Positions 30,645-40,151 of a stretch of DNA of 64,000 nucleotides are shown here, in pieces. The stretch comes from a virus (Duplodnaviria; Caudoviricetes). How positions within the stretch are numbered: position 1 is the first letter of the stretch; every line of letters starts with the position of its first letter. A program made the position numbers and the translations under genes. Where the stretch lies: IMG/VR virus record IMGVR_UViG_3300011008_000008; one strand, 5' to 3'. A model generated the notes under the pieces. It was not told where the DNA came from. It searched no databases and was given only the letters and a program-made list of their open reading frames with translations.

Positions 30645-30836
30645 TTACTTAGGGGGTTTTCGAGGTTCATTTTGTCTCATATTCTGCAATTCTTTATTCC
30701 TTAATGCTAATTCTTCTCTCAGCTCCTTAACTGTTGCTGCATATTCGCAGTTTTCATTACAGTATGATTCTTTATACTGCCTACCGAGCCTTAGATAGCA
30801 ATATTCATAGCACGGATTGAACATTAATTTCATCAA
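30645..30836 (-). CDS. Small hypothetical protein
   Basis: Cys-containing ORF overlapping the ligase end. Confidence 0.45.
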   Translation of the reverse strand: MMKLMFNPCYEYCYLRLGRQYKESYCNENCEYAATVKELREELALRNKELQNMRQNEPRKPPK

Positions 30837-32127
30837 CTATCAACTCCTCTGCTTCTTCAATATCTGGAGCATCGGAGCTATCCTTGATAATACCTTCAAG
30901 GCATTTGAAACTAAAGTTCTTATGTTTGTAAGCCGTGAAAGAAGGTTTGTTGTCAATCCTTACTACAACACCCTCGCGCACATGAGTTTTGCCAACCGGA
31001 TCAGCGCCATCATAATACGTTTCAACGCGCTCCATCAAATCATCCCATGTAGTAAAAATGAACTTGTCAAATTCAGGAACATGCTTAACGCCCATCTTTT
31101 CACATTCCATTTTTACCTGCTCCCAAGGAAGCTCTACCATGTATCCATCTTCATTCATCATGGTCATGCGATAGACATAGCAATCGTTTTGTCCCCTATC
31201 ACATCCATAAGAGAAGATTGTTTCATCTCCGTACTGCTTCGAGAATGCCTTATCCTTAACTAAGCTGTTTTTGCACCTACCCATAATGGTCGTATTATCA
31301 TCGACCCAGCCGACGATCTCATAAAAAACTTCCATTCCCTTGGGAAGTCTTTCTTTGAACAGGTTATGATACTTTTCTCGGAATGCGTTGTTGCCATAGT
31401 ATCCGCCATCATAATTCTTGAGTGTAGTCCTGCGCGTTCCACTAATAAACTTATATGTACGCTTCTCTGCTGGGCTGATTCTAAAAATCTTCTGAAGGAT
31501 ATTGCGCTTCGGCTTTATAACTTCAATTGTATTAGCTGTCCTTGCACTTGTACCATGCATCTTCAGCGTTATATAACAGGTGTCTCCTGGCTTAAAAGCA
31601 CCCTCGTTATACGCGAGCTGGGCAGTATCAATATGTTCAATGAAGAATGGATAACTTTCCTTTGCCTCATCCTTGCGCTTCCGGGTTTTGCTTACATCAT
31701 TATCGGTATGTCGCGCATTGTTGCGCTTGGGAATATACTTCCTACAAATCTCATGGCCGTTAAGCTCTGTGATCTGCATCCCATCTTCAAGCTTATCAAT
31801 ATCCGTGTATTTTGCGAGATATTCAATGGGTAGCGCCAGGCCATCGCTCTTTTCTCCGCGAAGTTTCAGGGCAATGATATTACGCTTATTAGGATCGAGA
31901 TAGCCGCCTACATTGTTGCCATTTTCATCCTTCTTGCGCACAAGATTATTGTCGTTGGCAAATTCCTCACTGAGTTGGCCATCAACCGGAAAATAAATAA
32001 TGCGCTGTCCAATATGATAGCTCATGTCAACAATTACATTATTGCCAAATATTGTTGCACATTGCAGCCTATCCGCGTTGCTATGTTTATGTATTTCTCT
32101 TATTGTGGTGATGTACGCGCTGTACAT
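30805..32127 (-). CDS. ATP-dependent RNA ligase with N-terminal OB-like domain
   Basis: H.NADRL, TLKMHGTS (motif I), FYEIVG, EGVVVR and K.K motifs; start at MYSAY. Confidence 0.85.
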   Translation of the reverse strand: MYSAYITTIREIHKHSNADRLQCATIFGNNVIVDMSYHIGQRIIYFPVDGQLSEEFANDNNLVRKKDENGNNVGGYLDPNKRNIIALKLRGEKSDGLALPIEYLAKYTDIDKLEDGMQITELNGHEICRKYIPKRNNARHTDNDVSKTRKRKDEAKESYPFFIEHIDTAQLAYNEGAFKPGDTCYITLKMHGTSARTANTIEVIKPKRNILQKIFRISPAEKRTYKFISGTRRTTLKNYDGGYYGNNAFREKYHNLFKERLPKGMEVFYEIVGWVDDNTTIMGRCKNSLVKDKAFSKQYGDETIFSYGCDRGQNDCYVYRMTMMNEDGYMVELPWEQVKMECEKMGVKHVPEFDKFIFTTWDDLMERVETYYDGADPVGKTHVREGVVVRIDNKPSFTAYKHKNFSFKCLEGIIKDSSDAPDIEEAEELIVDEINVQSVL

Positions 32128-32343
32128 TCTTTGGCCTCCTTCGCTTTGTCTTTGTAACATCATTACTTTTTTGTCTTATTTTATCAGGCAAAGAATAAAG
32201 AATAGGTTTACTCTCAAAATAACAACAAGGGCATCGATATAGTTCATAGTTCCTTCCATTCATAAACCTAAGCACATGATGCATGGGCAAATCGCATTTC
32301 TTGCAGAACATAATCACGATCTCCTTTGTCAATTTACAGATTG

Positions 32344-32389
32344 ATTATACCACATAATATAGGTAATGTCAATACTTTTTTGTCTTATT
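32344..32389 (-). promoter_or_regulatory. Phage promoter with upstream box
   Basis: AATAAGACA...TATTGACA-N17-TATAAT with extended -10 TG. Confidence 0.85.
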
Positions 32390-32744
32390 ATCTACGAAAA
32401 TTTTTCTGTTCCTCTACAAACTCTACTCCACATTTAGGACAATAGCATGCGTTGATGAGATCAAACTGTCCATATGGCTTTTCTGCATTGGATGAATATA
32501 ACAGGCAATTACATTTTTCACACCTAATACTGGTGACATTGCCATATTTAATCACTCGCTTTATTGCTCTCCCTCGAATATCATTCTTCCCTATCAAAAG
32601 CTGGTATGCTTCTCTGATTTCTCCCTTGCGAGTCAGCCATTGTAACCAGGCATTACAATCAGAGCAATACAGCCCGGTTCTGGTTCCGGACTGCTGTACT
32701 CTTAAATGATTGCTGCCACATTTATCGCAACTTGTTTTAATCAT
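32388..32744 (-). CDS. Double zinc-ribbon protein
   Basis: Four CxxC motifs. Confidence 0.65.
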   Translation of the reverse strand: MIKTSCDKCGSNHLRVQQSGTRTGLYCSDCNAWLQWLTRKGEIREAYQLLIGKNDIRGRAIKRVIKYGNVTSIRCEKCNCLLYSSNAEKPYGQFDLINACYCPKCGVEFVEEQKNFRR

Positions 32745-33828
32745 TGCTTTCCCTCATTGTTTGTCTCCATTTTTCAAATGACAATTCATTGTCTTTGATA
32801 TTAGTTCCATTTGAACAGATGTAATCATTAACCTGGTAAACAAGGCGTTCTACTAATTCCATACAAGGCGATTCTGGCAAATCTGTATGTTGTTTAGAAT
32901 ATTCAAGCTTGTTTTCAAAAGAACTAACCATTTCATAAAACGCTTGAATTGGCTGGTCATTATCATCAAGATATTTACCATTCCTTATATCCATTAACAG
33001 TTCATGATCTTTTTCTCGATATGTGACAATTTCGCCATTGTCTAAAATATCAAAACACATTAAGTATAATCTAACCAAATGCATCATGTGCTTTGCAATC
33101 TTATTGTGCTCTATTGCGTTTTCATTTCTTCGCCCCATTGTCTTATACGACCTAATAATGGATTGCATCTCCGAGATCATATCTTTATAATCTCTAAGAG
33201 GATAATGCCTAAGAACAACATCCATAAAGATTTCAGTGTTATATCCTTCATGAACAGCCTGATCTATATATAATCTAATAGCATCTTCCGGCATGTCGAA
33301 ATATCTACGCCTAAAATCTATCTGCGCACTTTGAATACTTCTCAGAATAAACTGTTCTTCTCTTTCTTGACTTGCTGTTCTTGATGCTTTATTTTCAAGC
33401 CTACGCAGTTGAGAATTTGCATAACCGCCAAATGAATTAATTGCTTTCTTTGATAAAAAGATATGACTATTATCAATAATCATTTTACCAATATCATTGA
33501 GATAAAGATAATGTTCAGGTTTCAATCCAAGTAATTCAATCGTATTTGGATTACATGAACAAAACAACTTGACAATCTTTTCAAAAGAACAAATCGCCGT
33601 ATCCGTTTCCAGATCAACTGATTGCTCAAACTGATTGCCCGTAATTATTTTATCCTTTGTATTCGTGGCAATCCCTCTGATGTCAAGGTCACTTGTTTCT
33701 ATATCGGTTCCATAGGCATGACTTCCGCCTACACTGAGCAACACAATGTTGTTGCCGAGTTCTGGCCGAGTTGATAAGAAGTCATATGGCTCCGATGCTA
33801 CCGAACGCAGGATTTGATCTGTATTCAT
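32737..33828 (-). CDS. Pol-beta superfamily nucleotidyltransferase
   Basis: GGSHAYG...SDLDIRG, NPN..ELL and HLVRL motifs. Confidence 0.88.
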   Translation of the reverse strand: MNTDQILRSVASEPYDFLSTRPELGNNIVLLSVGGSHAYGTDIETSDLDIRGIATNTKDKIITGNQFEQSVDLETDTAICSFEKIVKLFCSCNPNTIELLGLKPEHYLYLNDIGKMIIDNSHIFLSKKAINSFGGYANSQLRRLENKASRTASQEREEQFILRSIQSAQIDFRRRYFDMPEDAIRLYIDQAVHEGYNTEIFMDVVLRHYPLRDYKDMISEMQSIIRSYKTMGRRNENAIEHNKIAKHMMHLVRLYLMCFDILDNGEIVTYREKDHELLMDIRNGKYLDDNDQPIQAFYEMVSSFENKLEYSKQHTDLPESPCMELVERLVYQVNDYICSNGTNIKDNELSFEKWRQTMRESND

Positions 33829-33829
33829 G

Positions 33830-34114
33830 TTAGTCACTCTCCTTCGATTTATAGAGCCGTTCAAGGGCCATTTCAAAAGCCCCGATACCAGAGAAACAAC
33901 TACATACTTTCAGGTTATCAAATAAATAAGGCATAGCATCATATAGATTCTCAAATATCTTTTCAAGCACACCAACACAGATTGAGTTTCCCGCTTGTTT
34001 ATATAGTTGGCTGTTGCTTACCCCAGCATTCTTTGCCCTATCAAATGCCCAATCCGGGAAATCCATCAATCTCCAACATTCCCGTGGGGTAAGTTTCCTA
34101 ATTCTGTATTCCAT
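33830..34114 (-). CDS. C5 DNA methyltransferase small subunit (motifs IX-X then motif I)
   Basis: RKLTPRECWRLMDF, QLYKQAGNS, then LKVCSCFSGIGAFE. Confidence 0.85.
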   Translation of the reverse strand: MEYRIRKLTPRECWRLMDFPDWAFDRAKNAGVSNSQLYKQAGNSICVGVLEKIFENLYDAMPYLFDNLKVCSCFSGIGAFEMALERLYKSKESD

Positions 34115-35073
34115 TATTGCAACTCGCACCTTTCTCAAATATGCAATTAATAATTATAATTGGTTGCCTTGCTCCGCCCGCTGGATTTGAAACTAAGGTC
34201 GGTGATAGTCCATTAGGATCATAAACCCTATATGCAGTAGGACTGTCCCATACTTTTGACTTAGCTATATTACCTATTTCCATTATTGTCTTTTCTACTT
34301 TTACATTTCTCATACACAACAATCAGCGGCAATCTGCCCCCCCCCGCCACAGGTATTCAACGTTGGAGAAACACCCTGGTCATTATACACTCTGTTTACA
34401 GATGGATTGTCCCAAGCGCTTTTCTTTGCCAAACTTCCAATCTGTATTACTTTACTAATACCGTTCAATTACTAATTGTCTCCTGTGCTTTTTTATGTAT
34501 TCTTCAAAGCTGGTTCCTTTTGCGTAGTTTGCATCAATACAGTAGGAGGTTTTATTACATAACTCATATCTATAATCATGATATTGGTCTTTACTCCCAG
34601 CGATGCTGTCAGAGTAGGAGCCACTCCCCCCCCCACTCGCAGAATACACTACATTGGATTGATGCTTGCCAGTTCCTTTATCAATGAATCCAATTTCATT
34701 TACCGATTTCATCTAAGACTCCATCATCTAATATTTCAAGTATTAAGTTGTCTTTCGTAACAGTTGTCAAAGAATTTGTGTACCCCCCCCCTAATATTCC
34801 CTGGTTCTAATCGCTGGCGATTATCTTCTCCTCGCCCGCGCATGGCAACGCATATTTGCTTTAGCAAAACGATCATATTATTATTCATATCCGGTTTCAA
34901 TTACTCCGTTCATTGGTTGATTTCCAAATCCTTTATAATCTCTTGCAAGACAAGTATTTGCAATATTTGAAACCCCATTAAATCTACCACACTGTTCAGA
35001 AAATAAACCAGTTACTTGCTTTCTATCAAGGTGTCCCATCTGTGATTTACATCCAGGCTTCCTCGCCCCCCCC
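34098..35073 (-). other. Array of about 7 C5-MTase target-recognition modules on small overlapping ORFs, four containing G8-G9 tracts
   Basis: Modules such as NTCLARDYKG, AMRGR...NSLTTVTKDN, VYS...APTL, CIDANYAKG and two RVY...SPTL; poly-C on + strand at 34337-45, 34626-34, 34783-91 and 35066-73. Confidence 0.75.
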
Positions 35074-35817
35074 GCGAACGGTGTGCGAGGTTTCGTTTTC
35101 AAGCTTGCCACTCAAAACAAGTTCTTCGATTAGCTCTTTTGCCCTTGGAGTATTAATATAATACTTCTCGTCAACGCTATTCTCAAGAACGTCACTCATT
35201 CGCACGTCGCTTTCAATCGGCTCCGGAAACTTGAATAATCCATTGTCAATATCTTTGCGAATAATAATCACATAAACGCGCTCTCTGTTTTGAGGAATCT
35301 CATAATCTTTTGCATTGAGCACTTTATAATATGTATTATATCCATATTCATTTAGTTCATCTATAAACATTTGGAATGTTTGTTTGAACTTCTTGCCTAC
35401 AATGTTTTTCACATTCTCATAGATTGCCCATTTGGGCTTGTTGGCACGAATCAAGCGCAGCCATTCTACAAGTAACGAACTTCGTGTTTTATCAAGAGAC
35501 CCGTTGCTACACTTAGGACAACGATCTCTTTGATCAAAATGAACAGTCAAAGGATTATACTCATAACCGCATTTTCTACACACCCATCTGCTACCGCTTT
35601 GTTTACCGGCAATTGAAAAGTCCTGACATGGTGAACCTCCACAAATCATATTAAAGTAATTCATATTGTCAGCATTGACTTTTGTGATATCACCTAAGTT
35701 CTTATCCGGAGATTCATCATATATTGCGCAATAACTCTTTGTCGCAAACTTATCAAGTTCGCAAAAATTTACCAGTTCAAATCCTCTGTTTTTTGAATCG
35801 AAACTTTTATTTTCCAA
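35047..35817 (-). CDS. C5 DNA methyltransferase catalytic subunit (motifs II-VIII, no motif I), ending at a G8 tract
   Basis: CELDK, GDI, GSPCQDFS, YENV and PQNRERVY motifs with an inserted zinc ribbon. Confidence 0.9.
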   Translation of the reverse strand: MENKSFDSKNRGFELVNFCELDKFATKSYCAIYDESPDKNLGDITKVNADNMNYFNMICGGSPCQDFSIAGKQSGSRWVCRKCGYEYNPLTVHFDQRDRCPKCSNGSLDKTRSSLLVEWLRLIRANKPKWAIYENVKNIVGKKFKQTFQMFIDELNEYGYNTYYKVLNAKDYEIPQNRERVYVIIIRKDIDNGLFKFPEPIESDVRMSDVLENSVDEKYYINTPRAKELIEELVLSGKLENETSHTVRGGGEEAWM

Positions 35818-35935
35818 AGTTAGTATTCCTTCCTAAAATACAGCGTATTTAAAAACACAATCTTTATGATTTGAACTTTTATCATTCTGGAAGCCCTCTA
35901 TTTTAGATTGTTTTTAGAATGATAAAAGTTTCGTT

Positions 35936-37135
35936 TTATTCATACCTATATAGCCCAGGCATGATCTCATTACACATGTCAAAGACTTTGCCCATGCCTA
36001 AACCTTCCTTGCTTGGAACCCAGATTTTCTTCGGATTCCAATTAATCCATCCCATTTCATCCGGCTCCATACTTGCCGTTGGATCGTAAGCAGGATTATC
36101 TACCCATTGTCCACCACCAATACAATACTCATATTGTCTCGGATGTGTTCTTGCAAGCATTTGGAATCTTGTTTCTCCCTTTTCAAGATGAAAACCAAAT
36201 CCACAATACACACATCCTGTCCTTTGACATCCACTGCATTTCCATTTACAACCATTCGGCATTCCTGCGCCATTGGGTATAACAATTTCACCCTGCTTAT
36301 TGACAATATTAATCGTGCCATATGGTTCAGCGATCTCTATATTTTTTAGCTTGATATACGTTAGAATATCCTGCTCTGTCCAAAATGACATCGGTTGACT
36401 TGTGGCATCATTACTATTAAAAGCATTGCATCCGTGCTTTATCCACGCCTGTTTTCTCATGCGACTTTCTTCTGCCAATGTTCCAATATATGGTCTTGCT
36501 CCAGTATCCTTCTGATACCTTTTAACAACATTCTTCTTCATAATATTGCAACAATAATGAGAAATCATTACGGGCAATTCGCGGGCGATAGGTAGCCATT
36601 TTTCTTTGTTGAATATTGTATTCTCGCCTAATTGCTCTTTTACATTGCATAAACAAGCTCTGCGCCAGTTATGCCACTTTCCTTTCGAGGCTTGATCGCC
36701 CCCCCCGCCGTTATGTGTGACTGGTTTAATTCTTCGTGCATAGTAAATACACTCAGCTGTTTCTTTACTGATCAGCGGATAACCATACTCAGAGAGTGTT
36801 TGCTTGAAATTTTTCTTAGGATATAGCGTAATTACATTATCAAATTTCTTTACAAACCTCTGCAATGCTGGAAATTCAAGACCGGTATTTGAAAATACTG
36901 CAGGAACACCGGGAAACAACGATCTCACAAGATATAATAAAACCGTACTATCTTTCCCTCCAGAAAAACTAACATATACATTCCCATTGTAATGATGATA
37001 CCATTCTATTATTCTTGCCGCCGTTATACCGATCTTACGTTCAAGTGGTAATGCTTGTAGTTCCTTTAATCGCTCTGCATCGTGTATCAATCCATCAGCT
37101 GATATCCTATCGACTTGATCATCAGTTAATATCAA
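35936..37135 (-). CDS. PAPS-reductase-family protein with internal G8 tract
   Basis: SFSGGKDS, CC..MKK, P..FWTEQD and RTGC..C motifs; TTG start with GGAGG RBS. Confidence 0.85.
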   Translation of the reverse strand: MILTDDQVDRISADGLIHDAERLKELQALPLERKIGITAARIIEWYHHYNGNVYVSFSGGKDSTVLLYLVRSLFPGVPAVFSNTGLEFPALQRFVKKFDNVITLYPKKNFKQTLSEYGYPLISKETAECIYYARRIKPVTHNGGGGDQASKGKWHNWRRACLCNVKEQLGENTIFNKEKWLPIARELPVMISHYCCNIMKKNVVKRYQKDTGARPYIGTLAEESRMRKQAWIKHGCNAFNSNDATSQPMSFWTEQDILTYIKLKNIEIAEPYGTINIVNKQGEIVIPNGAGMPNGCKWKCSGCQRTGCVYCGFGFHLEKGETRFQMLARTHPRQYEYCIGGGQWVDNPAYDPTASMEPDEMGWINWNPKKIWVPSKEGLGMGKVFDMCNEIMPGLYRYE

Positions 37136-37595
37136 TTTTTGTATTCCCTCCAACTTTATTATCTTTATATATAACAACCATACTTGGAAACGGTGCTGAA
37201 TTGTTACTATTGCCAAACTTCAATCTACCACGTACAAATCTAATTTCTGCTTTACCCAATATGTAATCATGAAACCATTTTGTATCTGTTCTCGCTGGCA
37301 ATAACATAACAATCAACTGCCCACGCAAGCTTTCCTCATATGCCTTTTTTACCCACAAGCCAATTTCTCTGCCATAGGGAGGATTACAGAATACCCCCCC
37401 CGCAGGAACAACCCAGGGCTGAGATAGGCCATCAATCTCTTTTGAATAGTAATTCACACACTTATGATTTGTTGAATCTGCCGCAGCATCCAGCGTAAAA
37501 TGGAACTCTGCATTTAGTTCATCGAAAAAATCTTGTGGTGTAGCCCACTGATCCGTTTTGCTGGAAAACATCACATCTGTATTTATAGCCATCAC
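37122..37595 (-). CDS. Phage N6-adenine DNA methyltransferase with internal G8 tract
   Basis: WATPQ, LDAA and FCNPPYG motifs; paralog of 12759-13265. Confidence 0.9.
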   Translation of the reverse strand: MMAINTDVMFSSKTDQWATPQDFFDELNAEFHFTLDAAADSTNHKCVNYYSKEIDGLSQPWVVPAGGVFCNPPYGREIGLWVKKAYEESLRGQLIVMLLPARTDTKWFHDYILGKAEIRFVRGRLKFGNSNNSAPFPSMVVIYKDNKVGGNTKIDIN

Positions 37596-37601
37596 TCCTG
37601 A

Positions 37602-38555
37602 TTATTCAACTTTAACACCTATAAACTCCAATGCCTCTTTCATGCCAAGCCCCCCCTGTGACCAAGGCCGCATACAATAATCCCATAGTTTCGGATGTGT
37701 TTGCTTTAGTCTTTGAAACCTATTTGGTTCTTTTTCTCTATGACAGCCAAATCCGCAGAAAACACAGCCCGTCCTATCACATCCAGTAGTACAAAATCTC
37801 CCGTCATTGTCTTGAACAATATCCCCATAAACCGAAGCATAATTAAGATTATATCGCTTTATATATTCGAGTACGTCTTGCTCAGTCCAGAATGACATAG
37901 GTTGTGAAGTTGGCCTAATCCCGTCAAAAGCATTACAACCTTTCTTGCGCCACTCTGTTTTGCGAAGCTGACTTTCGCAAGCCATAGTTGCAATAATCGG
38001 GTGCAAACCTGTTTCTTTTTCAAACTTCTTAGCGGGTTTCTTTTTCATAATATTACAGCACTTATGGCTTATTGGAATATCACTGTCCCTTAATTCCTTC
38101 CACTTCGCCATAGAAAACCTGTTTTTATACTTCTTGTTATACTCGCTGTTTGGATCAAATCTGGCAACCGTATATCCATCCGGCTTTTGCCTGGACTCAT
38201 ATATTTTCTGTGCGACCTCTTTGCTGATCAAAGGATAGCCATATGTTTGAATGACTTTCCTAAAGCTCATTTCCGGGGTTAGCCGTATAACATTTGGAAC
38301 CGTCTTTACAAACTGCCTTATCTCTGGATATTCAAGCCCGGTATCTATAAAAACTGCCGGAATATCTGGATTAATCTTTCTAACAATATCAAGCAGAACT
38401 GTACTATCCTTACCTCCACTAAAGCTAACATAGACTTGGTTTTCATATCTTGCACAATATTCAATAATTCTCGTTTGTGTTCTAAGTATCTTTTGCCCCA
38501 ATGACCATGACTGCATGATCTTCAAATCTTCGTTCGTAAATTTCACACCGACCAC
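37602..38555 (-). CDS. PAPS-reductase-family protein (second paralog)
   Basis: SFSGGKDS, CCNIMKK and RTGCVFC motifs. Confidence 0.85.
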   Translation of the reverse strand: MVGVKFTNEDLKIMQSWSLGQKILRTQTRIIEYCARYENQVYVSFSGGKDSTVLLDIVRKINPDIPAVFIDTGLEYPEIRQFVKTVPNVIRLTPEMSFRKVIQTYGYPLISKEVAQKIYESRQKPDGYTVARFDPNSEYNKKYKNRFSMAKWKELRDSDIPISHKCCNIMKKKPAKKFEKETGLHPIIATMACESQLRKTEWRKKGCNAFDGIRPTSQPMSFWTEQDVLEYIKRYNLNYASVYGDIVQDNDGRFCTTGCDRTGCVFCGFGCHREKEPNRFQRLKQTHPKLWDYCMRPWSQGGLGMKEALEFIGVKVE

Positions 38556-38707
38556 AAACCATACATCGGTTAGCGGTCAACGATTTGATCTCCCCATGCT
38601 TTGGCTTCAAAGCCTCTACGCTATACGAAATAGTTTTACACCAAACTTATATCAATCCTTTGGCAACTCGGCTTCACCGAGATAGGTGTTACTCCTTCCC
38701 GTTCGTA

Positions 38708-38995
38708 TTATTCTCCATCTTCATTGTTATCATCGTCGTTGTTTTCATTATCGTTATTTTGACCATCTTCATTATCGTTATCTCCATCGTCACCAGTATT
38801 CATATCAGCGTCCTGGTTGACGAACGTCTCAATGGCTTCTGCCAATTCATTGGCGAACAGTTCCAAATCCTCCTTCGCCATTTCAATCTGTGCCGCTTCA
38901 TCCCTGAAATTGATGCGGATCAAATCGTCATCAGTACTTACATCGGTATAGTCTGCAATCTTACCACGCAGCCTGTTAATCCTAACGTATTCCAT
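38708..38995 (-). CDS. Acidic hypothetical protein
   Basis: AAGGAG RBS; D/N/E-rich tail. Confidence 0.6.
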   Translation of the reverse strand: MEYVRINRLRGKIADYTDVSTDDDLIRINFRDEAAQIEMAKEDLELFANELAEAIETFVNQDADMNTGDDGDNDNEDGQNNDNENNDDDNNEDGE

Positions 38996-39009
38996 TATTC
39001 AAATCTCCT

Positions 39010-40149
39010 TTAGCTTGCTTTCATCATTTTCTTTTCATACCACTTGTTCCATGCATCAATGGCTTCCTTTTGCGATGTGTTACATGGATAGTTATAATGC
39101 TGCCTCGCTTGACAAATCTTATTATTCTTAACCTCAATTGTTACTAAGCTCTTTTCTGGCATGTCCCTATCGCGCAAAAACAGTATGTCGCAACTACCGT
39201 TGATCACGCTTTCTATGTATGAAGCAACACAGTTATTTTGTTGCACTGCTTCATCCTTAATTTCATCAACTGACTTAGGATAGATAAACTTAAACCCTTT
39301 ATATGTATACTCCATTTCAGGATTAATGCGCTTCGCAAATGCTGCACTATCAAACTCTTTCTTTAGGCGATTATAGTTTCTGGTTGCTATCCTATGCGTA
39401 GTTAGGAAGTGCTTTGGATACTTCTCAAACTTAGGGCTGATGTTATACATGATTCTGCAATAATCATTTAGCTCTCTAAGTAATTCGCTCATTCCATCCA
39501 TAGCTTCAAATGTTTTCAGATGGTCAAGATATATGAGAAGTGACTTTGCATTATAGCCATAACGGTCAATCAAATTCAGATAATAACAAGTATCCCTATA
39601 TCTACCGTTTATCCAATTGTTTGAATAAGTCTGAAAAATATTATTCAAGTCCTTGATTGTAATTGAAGTAAAATCTATTGAAAAGGCGATATTGTATGCA
39701 TCTGGATTTTGTTTGTAGAAATCAACAAGCTTATTGGTTAAGAAAAGTCCTTCGTCTCCATGTTGTCTACATATCTTAATCAATCCAGCAGGAATATCTT
39801 TTACTCCATATTTTAAATCGCAACTAATATTTGTCAATCCAGAAGAAAATAATTGCTCCATATCTGGATAGTCCTCAATATGTGAAAGGATAGTTCCAAT
39901 ATTGGTTATTGTACGCGATGTCTCACTCGCGTATTTTCTTTTCACAAATTTGAGATAGTTTGAGTAATTCTTATCTGAGCAGTGCTCAATTATATAATCC
40001 AGAGTTATACCATGCAATTGAGTTTTTAGATTTTTAACCGCCGAACCTTTTAATCCTATAGCTTCCTTCTTGGCAAAATCATACTTGACCGTCTTTCCAT
40101 CTTCTTCATAATCAAATACCAAATACTGTTTATCCTTATAGATTCTCAA
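39010..40149 (-). CDS. PcfJ-like protein
   Basis: C-terminal P...E...Q.NCVASY...LR...TIEV...Q motif. Confidence 0.7.
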   Translation of the reverse strand: MRIYKDKQYLVFDYEEDGKTVKYDFAKKEAIGLKGSAVKNLKTQLHGITLDYIIEHCSDKNYSNYLKFVKRKYASETSRTITNIGTILSHIEDYPDMEQLFSSGLTNISCDLKYGVKDIPAGLIKICRQHGDEGLFLTNKLVDFYKQNPDAYNIAFSIDFTSITIKDLNNIFQTYSNNWINGRYRDTCYYLNLIDRYGYNAKSLLIYLDHLKTFEAMDGMSELLRELNDYCRIMYNISPKFEKYPKHFLTTHRIATRNYNRLKKEFDSAAFAKRINPEMEYTYKGFKFIYPKSVDEIKDEAVQQNNCVASYIESVINGSCDILFLRDRDMPEKSLVTIEVKNNKICQARQHYNYPCNTSQKEAIDAWNKWYEKKMMKAS

Positions 40150-40151
40150 AT

